From the IMG/VR virus record IMGVR_UViG_3300030099_004448, positions 62,001 through 126,000 of that record: DNA of 64,000 nucleotides. One strand, written 5' to 3'. Made by a program: the position numbers and the translations under genes. Shown piece after piece: positions 10,257 to 19,614 of the stretch. The notes below the pieces were generated by a model, which saw only the letters and a program-made list of their open reading frames with translations, was not told the DNA's origin and did no database searches. Within the stretch, counting starts at the first letter, position 1. The number at the start of each line of letters is the position of its first letter.

Positions 10257-10415
10257 ATGAGTGGAGGAAACGTGGAGAAAAAAGTTCCCTGGAGTAAGCT
10301 ACACGAAATTTCCGACCAATTAAATGGTAAAATGACCCATATCACCTGTGTAGATCACACTGGCAGAGAATATAAAAGGATTGTAATCGAATACGAAGAG
10401 GAGAAACAAAAATGA
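10257..10415 (+). CDS. Small hypothetical protein (52 aa)
   Basis: Not in ORF track; MSGGNVEKKVPWSKLHEISDQLNGK...KRIVIEYEEEKQK; ATGA overlap with the next gene. Confidence 0.6.
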   Translation: MSGGNVEKKVPWSKLHEISDQLNGKMTHITCVDHTGREYKRIVIEYEEEKQK

Positions 10416-10657
10416 TCGACAACGCTTGCGTAGTTTACACTAACGGTAGTCAAGAGTGTGAAAGAGTTTGTGCGTTATTGAAACATCTTGGTGGTGAATA
10501 TCATGAGTATCGTTTAAATCAACACTTCACTCAAAGAGGATTTGAAGCCGAATTTGGATCAGAGGCTGAATATCCTCAAGTTGCCATCGGAGCAAAACAT
10601 ATTGGTAGTCTCAAAGAGGCACTGCAGTACATGAAAGAACAGGGAGTGTTCGCTTGA
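10412..10657 (+). CDS. Glutaredoxin-like protein
   Basis: VVYT...EC, FEAEFG..AEYPQV.IG.KHIG thioredoxin-fold pattern; atypical SQEC site. Confidence 0.75.
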   Translation: MIDNACVVYTNGSQECERVCALLKHLGGEYHEYRLNQHFTQRGFEAEFGSEAEYPQVAIGAKHIGSLKEALQYMKEQGVFA

Positions 10658-10659
10658 CG

Positions 10660-10703
10660 AACTGTCCACTCGGAGGGTTTCTACCCTCCTTTTTTTGTAT
10701 AAT
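10660..10703 (+). promoter_or_regulatory. AACTGTCCAC-N28-TATAAT early-type promoter with embedded terminator hairpin
   Basis: AACTGTCCAC 10660-10669, GGAGGGT-TTCT-ACCCTCC-T7 at 10672-10696, TATAAT 10698-10703. Confidence 0.7.
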
Positions 10704-10724
10704 TGATTCATACGAGACAAACCT

Positions 10725-12866
10725 ATGAATCGCCACCAGATCAAATCTCAACTCGCCAAACTCCTCGCGACTGAGGATCTGGTGGTTGAACACAAACATG
10801 TCGAAACTGCATCCTTCAACGTCCACAGTCGTGTCCTGACCCTCCCTATGTGGGAGAAGGCATCCAACAGTGTCTATGACATGTTGGTGGGTCATGAGGT
10901 CGGACACGCTCTCTACACCCTTGACGAGAACTGGTTGGATCGGTACTACATGAATCCATCATTCTTCAATATCACAGAAGATGCACGGATTGAAAAGTTG
11001 ATGAAACGTAAGTATCCTGGTCTGCGTAAGTCCTTCTACAATGGATACCAGGAACTGTCTGAGAAAGACTTCTTTGATCTTGAGGGTCAGAACGTTTCTA
11101 AGATGGGACTTGCGGATCGAGTGAATCTGTATTTCAAGATTGGAAACTTCATTGAAGTTCCTTTCCATAATGATGAAGAAAAAGATATTGTCAAACAGAT
11201 TGGAGATGCAGAGACTTTTGAAGAAGCTCTGATCGCTGCACAAAGAATGTACGATTATTGCAATCAGAAGAAAGAGGAGAAGGAGACTGCGGTTCAACCT
11301 CCCGCACAGGTTCCTTCTGCAAGTAATAATGAGGAAAACAAGAATGAACCGATGGTTCCAAATCCTACTGATTCAGAACAGAAGTCTGAGTCTGACGAAA
11401 AGGAACAGAGTCAAGAATGGGAAGAGGAAGAGGTTGAAGAAGAACAGATTGAACTGGAGGAAAATACTTCTGATGATCTGGATGTGAAGACTGTTGATGG
11501 TCTTGAAGAAAAAATTCGTGATTTGGTAGATTCCAATGCTATCGAAACTTTCTATGTGGAAATTCCCAAAGTAGATCTCAAGAAAGTTATTGTTTCCAAC
11601 TCTGACGTTCATCAAGAGATCAATGAGTGGTGGAGAAAAACCGAAGAACACTATGGGGAACCTGATTCTTATGAAAAATTGTTTAGTGGTGTAGACGCAG
11701 AGTTCAAAAAATTCAAGAAGTCTGCACAGAAAGAAGTTGGTTATCTTGTTAAAGAGTTTGAGATGAAGAAATCTGCAGATGCATATTCACGAGCATCTAC
11801 GGCTCGCACTGGTGTTCTAGATTGTTCTAAACTTCATACTTACAAGTACAATGAAGATCTTTTCAGAAAAGTGACTCTCCTTCCTGATGGTAAAAATCAT
11901 GGATTGATCTTTGTTCTTGATTGGTCTGGATCTATGGGTAGTGTAATGCTCGACACCATCAAACAACTTTATAACCTGATTTGGTTCTGTAAGAAAGTTT
12001 CTATTCCCTTTGAGGTTTATGCTTTCACTAACGAGTGGTCTTATCGCGATTATGACAAAGACTATTATGTGGAAAAAATTCCTGGTTTCTTCAAAGTGGA
12101 TGAAACCTTCAATCTCATGAATCTGTTCACCCATAAAACTAATGGTCGAGATCTTGAACAACAGATGATCAACATGTTCAGGATTGCTGCACACTTCAGC
12201 TGCCGCAACTGGTCGGGTTATTTCTATCAGTATCCTAATCGTCTGAGTCTTTCTGGAACACCTCTCAATGAAGCTCTGATCTCACTGCACCAGATTATCC
12301 CTCAGTTCAAAACTCAAAATGAAGTTCAAAAAGTTCAGTGTGTTGTTCTCACGGATGGTGAAGCAAATGCTCTGAAGTATTACAAAGAGTTTCCGTCACG
12401 AAAGTCTGAGTCTGGTGAGCCTTACATTGGCGTGAATAATCCTTACTACAACGAAATTACTCTTCGAGATCGTAAACTTGGTAAGACTTATGGTTTCACT
12501 GGAGAATTTACCCAGTTCACTAATGTGATGCTTGAAAATCTTCGAGACAACTTCCCCAACACTAATCTTATTGGTATTCGTGTTTTGGATGGTCGGGATG
12601 CATGTAGCTTCATTCGTCGATACTATGGTGCAAACGGTTATTATGATAAGGTTGCAGAGTGGAAGAAAAATAAATCTTTTTCTATCGATGGTTCTGGATA
12701 TCAAAAGTACTTCGGATTGTCTTCAACTGCACTCTCCTCTGATTCTGAGTTTGAAGTGAAAGAAGATGCAACTAAAGCACAGATCAAAAGTGCTTTCAAA
12801 AAGTCTCTGAATTCTAAGAAAATGAATAAGAGAGTTCTTGGTGAATTCATTGATCTGGTTGCATAA
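10725..12866 (+). CDS. HExxH metallopeptidase-like + vWA domain protein (CobT-like partner of the CobS-like AAA)
   Basis: HEVGH, EDARIE, acidic linker, LDWSGSM MIDAS motif, GTPL, LTDGE. Confidence 0.88.
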   Translation: MNRHQIKSQLAKLLATEDLVVEHKHVETASFNVHSRVLTLPMWEKASNSVYDMLVGHEVGHALYTLDENWLDRYYMNPSFFNITEDARIEKLMKRKYPGLRKSFYNGYQELSEKDFFDLEGQNVSKMGLADRVNLYFKIGNFIEVPFHNDEEKDIVKQIGDAETFEEALIAAQRMYDYCNQKKEEKETAVQPPAQVPSASNNEENKNEPMVPNPTDSEQKSESDEKEQSQEWEEEEVEEEQIELEENTSDDLDVKTVDGLEEKIRDLVDSNAIETFYVEIPKVDLKKVIVSNSDVHQEINEWWRKTEEHYGEPDSYEKLFSGVDAEFKKFKKSAQKEVGYLVKEFEMKKSADAYSRASTARTGVLDCSKLHTYKYNEDLFRKVTLLPDGKNHGLIFVLDWSGSMGSVMLDTIKQLYNLIWFCKKVSIPFEVYAFTNEWSYRDYDKDYYVEKIPGFFKVDETFNLMNLFTHKTNGRDLEQQMINMFRIAAHFSCRNWSGYFYQYPNRLSLSGTPLNEALISLHQIIPQFKTQNEVQKVQCVVLTDGEANALKYYKEFPSRKSESGEPYIGVNNPYYNEITLRDRKLGKTYGFTGEFTQFTNVMLENLRDNFPNTNLIGIRVLDGRDACSFIRRYYGANGYYDKVAEWKKNKSFSIDGSGYQKYFGLSSTALSSDSEFEVKEDATKAQIKSAFKKSLNSKKMNKRVLGEFIDLVA

Positions 12867-12891
12867 ATATTATGAAATTAATAGGTAAACC

Positions 12892-13060
12892 CATGGGAAG
12901 ACTCTCTAGAGAACTATTGGGTGGTGGTGAACCAGCACCAGCACCAAAACCAGTAGCAAAGGCTGCACCGAAACCAGTTGCAAAACCAGAACCCAAAGAA
13001 CTAAAGGGTGAAGGTATGAAGACTGCTGCTTCTGAAGCACTCGGATCTGAAGACGAATAA
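12892..13060 (+). CDS. Small Pro/Ala/Lys-repeat protein
   Basis: PAPAPKPVAKAAPKPVAKPEPK; late-promoter-like CATAAATA at 12862; start could also be 12872 (internal ATG is at about 12893). Confidence 0.6.
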
Positions 13061-13073
13061 ATAAAAGAAAACA

Positions 13074-13430
13074 GTGAAAACCATGGACGCCCTCCAAACT
13101 TACGAAGTTATTAAAAACTATCTTCTAGAGAAAAAGTTTGCAACCACAGAAGAGGAAGCAAACGCTATTATTCTCAATATGGAGGAGTCCTGGTTTCAAC
13201 AAATTAATGAAGAAGAATCTGATCGTATGAAGGACCGCCGCATGGAGCGTGGTGGTGTTGGTGGTAATATTGATTACAGAAGACCACCTGCTGCACCAAA
13301 TACGTTTGGTAAGAAGAAACCTAGGAAAGATGGTATGTCTGCATTAGATAAAGTAAGAGCAGATATCGAAAAGAAATACGGTAAAGGTGCAATTATGGAC
13401 ACCAAGAAGAAAAAGGATAAAAAAGATTAA
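13074..13430 (+). CDS. Hypothetical late protein, probably internal head protein
   Basis: AATAAATA at 13056; NYLLEKKFATTEEEANAIILNMEESW...INE followed by a basic C-terminal module. Confidence 0.65.
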   Translation: MKTMDALQTYEVIKNYLLEKKFATTEEEANAIILNMEESWFQQINEEESDRMKDRRMERGGVGGNIDYRRPPAAPNTFGKKKPRKDGMSALDKVRADIEKKYGKGAIMDTKKKKDKKD

Positions 13431-13453
13431 ACCGTAAAAACTGAACTTTTATT

Positions 13454-14410
13454 ATGAAATTCGCAGTATTCTATTTCAGGATGGAGGGTGGTAAGATCCT
13501 TCCAATTACCTTTGACTTACAATCAAATAGTCTTAGGGAAAAGTGGATTGAACAAATCCGAATTAAAGAACAAGAAGAAGATGCATATCTGAATCTTAAG
13601 ATCACCAATAAAAATGTTGAGGATCTTCCATACTTAAAAAACAAACTAAACAGTATTGTTTCTCATATCAATAAACTGTACGAAACTGATAGACTCCCTT
13701 TGTTGGAGGGAGATCCCAGTGACATCGATCAGGACAAACTGAATCATCTTCATGAAATGTTTGAAGAGTATGGGGAAGAATCTTTGGATCCAGAAAGATT
13801 CCTCAGTGAAGAAGCTCATGAGACTTGGTTGAGTTTAAATGAGTGGATTCATATTACCGAGATTGCTATGAAGACATCTCCTGATATGTTTCCGTGTTAT
13901 AGTTGCCTTTGTTCAATATATCCTGCATACCCAGGTGAACCGCTTGATGAAGGGGATAAATTATTCTTAGATAGTGAATTTGCTTGGGGATCTTTATATC
14001 TCGGATATAATACCTTAGGTAAAGATTACTCCCATGCGATGTGTGACGATGATGTTCGTGTAATCCAGAATGGTCAAGTAAAAATTCAAACTCTGTACAG
14101 TACTGAGTGTTGGTTAAATTTCTCTCAAACACCATATATGTACAAAACTATGGAAGAGGATTTTTATCAGTGGTATTTGGAACAAGATGAAGAAACTAGG
14201 GGAATGATTCCCATCCACGATAGGGATAAACTTGCTCTTGGTAGGTATTACCTTGGTAGAGTCATTATTGACGAAACCTTTACAAGATTTAATCCAGACC
14301 TGGATGCATGGAGACATGATCCAGAACTACAAAAACGTTGGAATATTGAAGTCTTTTCTAAAATAGAAGAGTTTATTGGTATTGAAATTAGAGATGAATC
14401 AGATTCTTGA
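13454..14410 (+). CDS. Hypothetical protein with paired H-x2/3-E helices
   Basis: LNHLHEMFE, LNEWIHITE, LYLGYNTLGKD, GRYYLG; overlaps the next gene. Confidence 0.8.
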   Translation: MKFAVFYFRMEGGKILPITFDLQSNSLREKWIEQIRIKEQEEDAYLNLKITNKNVEDLPYLKNKLNSIVSHINKLYETDRLPLLEGDPSDIDQDKLNHLHEMFEEYGEESLDPERFLSEEAHETWLSLNEWIHITEIAMKTSPDMFPCYSCLCSIYPAYPGEPLDEGDKLFLDSEFAWGSLYLGYNTLGKDYSHAMCDDDVRVIQNGQVKIQTLYSTECWLNFSQTPYMYKTMEEDFYQWYLEQDEETRGMIPIHDRDKLALGRYYLGRVIIDETFTRFNPDLDAWRHDPELQKRWNIEVFSKIEEFIGIEIRDESDS

Positions 14411-16505
14411 AAAATTTATTTCCACATCTAAATCTAAAGAGTGGGAACCTACATTACCGTTACCTGAAGATATTTGGGATTCGGATTGGCCTTATCTAAG
14501 TATAGACTTTAAGGACAATTTTGCGGAAATGTATCGCGAGTGTGTTCAGAATGATGACATGTTCGTTGGACATAGGGAAAAAGACAAACACCTCAGTTAT
14601 TCTCATGAAGGGTGGAAGGGGTTGACTTTGCATGGTCTACGTCCAGATGCCACTGAAAATTATGATCAGTATGGTGGAAGTCCAGACCAATATAGATGGA
14701 CGAGTGCATGTCAAAAATTTCCTGCATGTGTAAAATTTTTGAAGAAACTTGGATATCGTAGATTTGATCGAGTTCGGATCATGAAGATCGAACCTGGCGG
14801 TCACATCATGCCGCATGACGATGGAGAAGGTAGAATCTTTGGTCCTCTAAACATTGCAATCAATAATCCACAGGGTTGTGGTTTCTACTTCAAAGATCAT
14901 GGAGAAGTTCCATTCAAACAAGGCAGAGGAATGTTCCTGGACATTGGAAACACTCATGCCGTTTATAATAATAGTAGTAAACCCAGGTATCATTTCATAG
15001 TACACGGGGACATAAACCCTAAGTTGGTTGAGGGTGCATATAAACAACTTCAGATGAGGTTGGAAGACAAAGATAGAAAGATCTGTTATGGGATCTATAA
15101 TCAACTCGATAGAATTGAGAATACTGCAATGTATCTTCGATTCAAAGGTTCTTCATTGTTCTACCTCAAGAGGGCACATAAACAGTCTGATATTTTCTTT
15201 GGAGACTCTATCAAAGAACTCCTAGAGACAACCGCAGATGCTGGATATGATTATTGTGTAGTTCTCGCTGCAGGAACTATTCTCAAAAGTTTTGAATATG
15301 ATAGAGAGATCCGAAACTTTATTATGAAGGATAAGGATTTTGGTGTTGCTGGTCATTGTCTAATGAAACCAGATCATTGGGCAGAACTTCATCATCAGTT
15401 CTTTATTGTCAATCTTCATGCATGGAAGGAAGTTGGTAGACCTGACTTTGGTACATGGCAAGGAGAGTCTGAAGAACTCCTACCTGTTTTGGAAAGAAGT
15501 GAAGAGAACTTCCATCATGACTATACTCCTCTATGGGTAAGAGTTAATAAAGATAAGAAGAGAACTAAACAACCATTTGCCGGTCAGGGGTGGGAACTTC
15601 TCAAAGCAATGTTTGAAGGCGGTTGGTCCGTTGTTATGTTGAATGAAACACTAAGACATAACAAGTTTTACCATTATCCAGAGCACGAGACTTCTCGATA
15701 TGAACAGTCATTGAAAACTATGACGACTTACGATAGTCAGAACTGGAATCAAAAGAAATCTATTGAAGACGCTTTATCTGTAAAGGATCAAATTTGGTTG
15801 TTTAATAGTGAGGATATGCGTGTATCAAATGAGGGTACTTTTGATCTTGCTGTAAATACTGCAAGCGGATTTAAGATTTTTGATCTCTTCAGACAAAAGA
15901 AACTTAATCCAAAATCCAAAATTGTTGTTTACGATTTTAATCAACGAAGTCTCGCTTGGTATAGACACTTATATGAGTGGGGCAGTACACCTGGGTTTGT
16001 GCAGGATGATTTGGGTAAACGACATCTAAATCTACTTGAGTGTATGAAGACATTCCAATATAAAGAAAACTTCACTTGGATTGGCAAAACTCATATTCCT
16101 CCTGATGAACAGGGTGATCAACATGATGACATGACTATATTCAAAGATGTTTCATTCATCAAATCTCTGAAAGATACTATCAATTATTTTGGTGGGTCTC
16201 AAAATTTTATAAATTATTGGACATGGTTCAGAGCTTGCAATGTGGAGTTCAAGAAGATTGATCTCTACAAAGAAACGGATAAGTTCTGTAAGATATTCAC
16301 AGGTAAAGGTAGAAAGTTTGTAAATCTATCAAACATCTTTTCTACAGACGCAACAAATCTTCTATACGGTCATACCGAGGTCCAACTCGCTCAACAGAGA
16401 TGTCTGTTCAATCTTTATTTGATTGATCCTGAAATCGAAGTAACTCTGTATGATTACTGGAATCGATGGAAGTACGGTAAGGTGAAGGATCTCATAGACA
16501 GTTGA
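14394..16505 (+). CDS. Multidomain enzyme: Asp/Asn beta-hydroxylase-like 2OG-Fe(II) domain plus two uncharacterised domains
   Basis: RVRIMKIEPGGHIMPHDD...LNIAINNP...HAVYNNSSKPRYHFIVHG in the first ~215 aa; ~490 further aa. Confidence 0.8.
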   Translation: MNQILEKFISTSKSKEWEPTLPLPEDIWDSDWPYLSIDFKDNFAEMYRECVQNDDMFVGHREKDKHLSYSHEGWKGLTLHGLRPDATENYDQYGGSPDQYRWTSACQKFPACVKFLKKLGYRRFDRVRIMKIEPGGHIMPHDDGEGRIFGPLNIAINNPQGCGFYFKDHGEVPFKQGRGMFLDIGNTHAVYNNSSKPRYHFIVHGDINPKLVEGAYKQLQMRLEDKDRKICYGIYNQLDRIENTAMYLRFKGSSLFYLKRAHKQSDIFFGDSIKELLETTADAGYDYCVVLAAGTILKSFEYDREIRNFIMKDKDFGVAGHCLMKPDHWAELHHQFFIVNLHAWKEVGRPDFGTWQGESEELLPVLERSEENFHHDYTPLWVRVNKDKKRTKQPFAGQGWELLKAMFEGGWSVVMLNETLRHNKFYHYPEHETSRYEQSLKTMTTYDSQNWNQKKSIEDALSVKDQIWLFNSEDMRVSNEGTFDLAVNTASGFKIFDLFRQKKLNPKSKIVVYDFNQRSLAWYRHLYEWGSTPGFVQDDLGKRHLNLLECMKTFQYKENFTWIGKTHIPPDEQGDQHDDMTIFKDVSFIKSLKDTINYFGGSQNFINYWTWFRACNVEFKKIDLYKETDKFCKIFTGKGRKFVNLSNIFSTDATNLLYGHTEVQLAQQRCLFNLYLIDPEIEVTLYDYWNRWKYGKVKDLIDS

Positions 16506-16551
16506 GGAACTGTCCACAGACTGTCCCAGGACGGAGGAAGTGCGTTATAAT
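16497..16551 (+). promoter_or_regulatory. GACAGTT-N4-AACTGTC palindrome / AACTGTCCAC-N28-TATAAT early-type promoter
   Basis: GACAGTTgaggAACTGTCCAC, then TATAAT at 16546-16551. Confidence 0.75.
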
Positions 16552-16575
16552 TTATTTGTTGAAACGACACAACTC

Positions 16576-17685
16576 ATGACTCGCCTCAAGATGACCGACG
16601 ATCAACTGATTGACTCCCTCAAAGATCTCTACGGAGAATCCGTCACCAGTGCTGACATCAAAGCCTGGTGTGCAATGAACAGTATGAGTTACCAGACTGT
16701 CTCCCGTCGTCTTGCCAACTACAAGGCAGGTCACGGGAAGTGGAACCTGGAAGTTACAAAAGAGACAGTTCAGGATCTGGAAGTAACTTATAATTCACCT
16801 GCAGCTATGCCTGCAATTGAACAAAACCTTATCCCACAGAAAGATGATTCCTTCATCAAGTTTGGCAACTTCACTGATGTTAAAAAAATTATTCAGTCCC
16901 GTCTATTCTATCCAACGTTCATTACGGGTCTTTCTGGTAACGGCAAAACGTTCTCGGTTGAGCAAGCGTGTGCTCAACTGGGTCGGGAACTCATCCGTGT
17001 AAACATTACTATTGAAACCGATGAAGATGATCTTATTGGCGGTTTCCGCCTTATTGATGGTAACACCGTCTGGCACAATGGCCCAGTCATTGAAGCCCTC
17101 GAACGAGGAGCTGTTTTGCTCCTTGATGAGATCGACCTCGCTAGTAACAAAATTCTCTGTCTCCAAAGTATCCTTGAAGGGAAAGGAGTTTTCCTTAAGA
17201 AAATCGGACGATGGGTTTCTCCTGCAAGTGGATTCAACGTCATTGCCACAGCCAACACTAAGGGTAAGGGTTCAGACGACGGACGATTCATTGGAACTAA
17301 CGTGCTCAACGAAGCGTTTCTAGAACGATTCCCTGTCACTTTTGAACAGGAATATCCCACTGCTTCCACTGAATACAAAATTCTCTACAAGGTTGGTGCC
17401 GAACTCGGTCTTGCTGAGACTGATTTCTACAAACGTCTTGCCGACTGGGCAGACATCATCCGCAAGACTTTCTATGACGGTGGTATCGAAGAAGTTATCA
17501 GTACCCGTCGTTTGGTTCACATTGTCAGGGCATATTCAATCTTTAAGGACAAAGCCAAAGCAATGCAAGTTTGTCTGAATCGTTTTGATGATGAAACCAA
17601 ACAGTCCTTCATGGAACTGTATGACAAAGTTGATGTTGACTTCCAGATGCCGTCTGAGAATGTTGACGACGTTCCCTTTTCTTGA
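16576..17685 (+). CDS. cobS: CobS-like / MoxR-type AAA+ ATPase
   Basis: GLSGNGKT, ETDEDDLIGG, LLLDEID, ATANTKGKG, NEAFLERF. Confidence 0.92.
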   Translation: MTRLKMTDDQLIDSLKDLYGESVTSADIKAWCAMNSMSYQTVSRRLANYKAGHGKWNLEVTKETVQDLEVTYNSPAAMPAIEQNLIPQKDDSFIKFGNFTDVKKIIQSRLFYPTFITGLSGNGKTFSVEQACAQLGRELIRVNITIETDEDDLIGGFRLIDGNTVWHNGPVIEALERGAVLLLDEIDLASNKILCLQSILEGKGVFLKKIGRWVSPASGFNVIATANTKGKGSDDGRFIGTNVLNEAFLERFPVTFEQEYPTASTEYKILYKVGAELGLAETDFYKRLADWADIIRKTFYDGGIEEVISTRRLVHIVRAYSIFKDKAKAMQVCLNRFDDETKQSFMELYDKVDVDFQMPSENVDDVPFS

Positions 17686-17691
17686 TACAAT
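17663..17691 (+). promoter_or_regulatory. Sigma70-type promoter for the clamp/clamp-loader operon
   Basis: TTGACG-N17-TACAAT with extended TG. Confidence 0.7.
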
Positions 17692-17706
17692 TACTGAGGT
17701 TACATT

Positions 17707-18195
17707 ATGAACACTGCAATGACTATGCTAGGTGGCATGTCCGAAGATACCATTACCATTACTGGTGGTGTTTTCTCCGAAGACGCTATGATTGGTGCTG
17801 CACAACCTGTTGATATGAATGGTATCTTTGGTGGTGCAGGAGCTGATTACATTACTTTTGATCAAGAAAGTGATTATTCCATTGATTTGACTATGAACAA
17901 CGACCCCAATCGATACAAATACAGTGAGGATCGAATCCTCGAAGAGTTGAAAGAATATATTTCTGGCACATATAACGCTCACTATTCTGCTGGTGACGAC
18001 AAGATTCAAACTCTGGATCTGATTGAAGCTTGTGGTGATGGTGAATCTTTCTGTCGTAGTAACATCCTCAAGTATGCATCTCGATACGATAAGAAAGGCA
18101 CTGCACGTCGAGATATCATGAAGATTCTCCACTATGCAGTCCTCCTGATGCATTTCAACGACAAGAACTCTATTACCGAAACGTACAATCAATGA
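17707..18195 (+). CDS. DUF3310-like conserved phage protein
   Basis: HYS...IQTLDLIE...FCRSNILKYASRYDKKG...DIMKILHY. Confidence 0.7.
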   Translation: MNTAMTMLGGMSEDTITITGGVFSEDAMIGAAQPVDMNGIFGGAGADYITFDQESDYSIDLTMNNDPNRYKYSEDRILEELKEYISGTYNAHYSAGDDKIQTLDLIEACGDGESFCRSNILKYASRYDKKGTARRDIMKILHYAVLLMHFNDKNSITETYNQ

Positions 18196-18872
18196 CAACT
18201 AATATGCAACTCTCCGACAAAACCCTCAACCTTCTGAAGAACTTTGCGGGTATTAACCAATCTATCCTTTTCAAACAAGGCAAGACTATTCGCACTATCA
18301 GTGTGATGAAAAATATTCTTGCAGAAGTCAACGTTGACGAAGAGTTTGAACGCGACTTCGGTATCTACAATCTGAATGAGTTCTTGAACGCAATGTCTTT
18401 GTATCAAGATCCTCAGTTGGATTTCAAGAATGAAAGTTATGTTTCTATCCGAGAGGGTAAGACTCGTTCTAAGTATTTCTTTGCAGATCCTGCAGTTATC
18501 GTTACTCCTCCAGACAAGTCCATCACTCTGCCTTCCGAGGATGTGAGTTTTGAACTGAATACTCAACAACTGGACAAACTGTTGAAGGCTGCTGCAGTCT
18601 ATGGTGTTCCCGATCTTTCTGTAATCGGTGAGAACGGTGTGGTTAAGATCGTTGTTCGTGATAAGAAGAACGACACTTCTAATGACTATGCTGTCGTGGT
18701 TGGTGAAACTTCTGCATCTTTCTGTCTCAACTTCAAGGTTGAGAATATCAAGATCCTTCCTGGTTCCTACAACGTGACTATCTCCAGCAAACTACTTTCT
18801 AGATTTGTTTCTGAAGATAAGAATCTTGTGTATTACATTGCACTGGAACCAGATTCTACCTATGATGAATGA
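18192..18872 (+). CDS. gp45: Sliding clamp
   Basis: LSDKTLNLLKNFAGINQSI, FGIYNLNEFL, YYIALEPDS. Confidence 0.96.
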   Translation: MTTNMQLSDKTLNLLKNFAGINQSILFKQGKTIRTISVMKNILAEVNVDEEFERDFGIYNLNEFLNAMSLYQDPQLDFKNESYVSIREGKTRSKYFFADPAVIVTPPDKSITLPSEDVSFELNTQQLDKLLKAAAVYGVPDLSVIGENGVVKIVVRDKKNDTSNDYAVVVGETSASFCLNFKVENIKILPGSYNVTISSKLLSRFVSEDKNLVYYIALEPDSTYDE

Positions 18873-19087
18873 ACGCAAACAGATTGCGTATTGTGGGAAG
18901 TGCCAGTCTTTTGATTGGTTACTTCCTTCTTCTCTATCTGGATGTTAGAATTGGTTGTACATTCAGATTGATCGGTGGGTGCTTCATGCTTCCATTTGCC
19001 ATCTCAATCAAAACTTGGGATGTCGTTGGACTTCAAACATTCTTTGCGGTGATTGATGCATCCAAGATTATTCAACTTTCATTATGA
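18869..19087 (+). CDS. Small membrane protein
   Basis: Hydrophobic segments; ATGA-coupled on both sides. Confidence 0.7.
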   Translation: MNANRLRIVGSASLLIGYFLLLYLDVRIGCTFRLIGGCFMLPFAISIKTWDVVGLQTFFAVIDASKIIQLSL

Positions 19088-19608
19088 ACATCTTTGTTAC
19101 TGACCCTGATCCCCTGAAGTCGGCCAAGGTTCTTCCTGACAAACATATTGTTAAGATGCCACTGGAGACTTGTCAAATGCTTGCTATTGTATGCTCTGAC
19201 AAATGGGGTCATGGATTTGGTACTCTTCCCAAGGCAGATGGTACTCCCTATGCCACTGAGAAGGGTGCCTTTCGTAATCACCCATGCACTATCTGGGCAA
19301 ACTCTTTTGTAAGTAACTGGAGATGGTTACTTGCTCATGGGTTTGCTCTGTGCAATGAATACTCACTACGGTATGGTAAACCACATACCTGTTTTAATAC
19401 CCTTCAGGCTGCAAATGAGATTCTCCCCTGCATAGACCCACAAGGTCGAAGTGGAGAACCTACGCCTTTTATATTTGCAGGGCCTGATGAGTTCAAGTAT
19501 GATGAAACTGTTGATATATACACGAAGTATAAGATGTATATTTCATCCAAACCTTGGGTAAAGGATAATTACCTTCGTATGCCACAACGAAAACCTGACT
19601 GGGTTTAA
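19084..19608 (+). CDS. Pyrimidine-dimer DNA glycosylase (DenV)-superfamily protein
   Basis: MNIF...DKHIVKMPLETCQML...HPCTIW...LCNEYSLRYGK.H. Confidence 0.75.
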   Translation: MNIFVTDPDPLKSAKVLPDKHIVKMPLETCQMLAIVCSDKWGHGFGTLPKADGTPYATEKGAFRNHPCTIWANSFVSNWRWLLAHGFALCNEYSLRYGKPHTCFNTLQAANEILPCIDPQGRSGEPTPFIFAGPDEFKYDETVDIYTKYKMYISSKPWVKDNYLRMPQRKPDWV

Positions 19609-19614
19609 TTTATT

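Noticed and set aside
16576-17685. cobS as evidence of cobalamin biosynthesis
   Set aside because: No cobN or other cob genes are in the window; better read as a generic MoxR-type AAA/vWA chaperone pair
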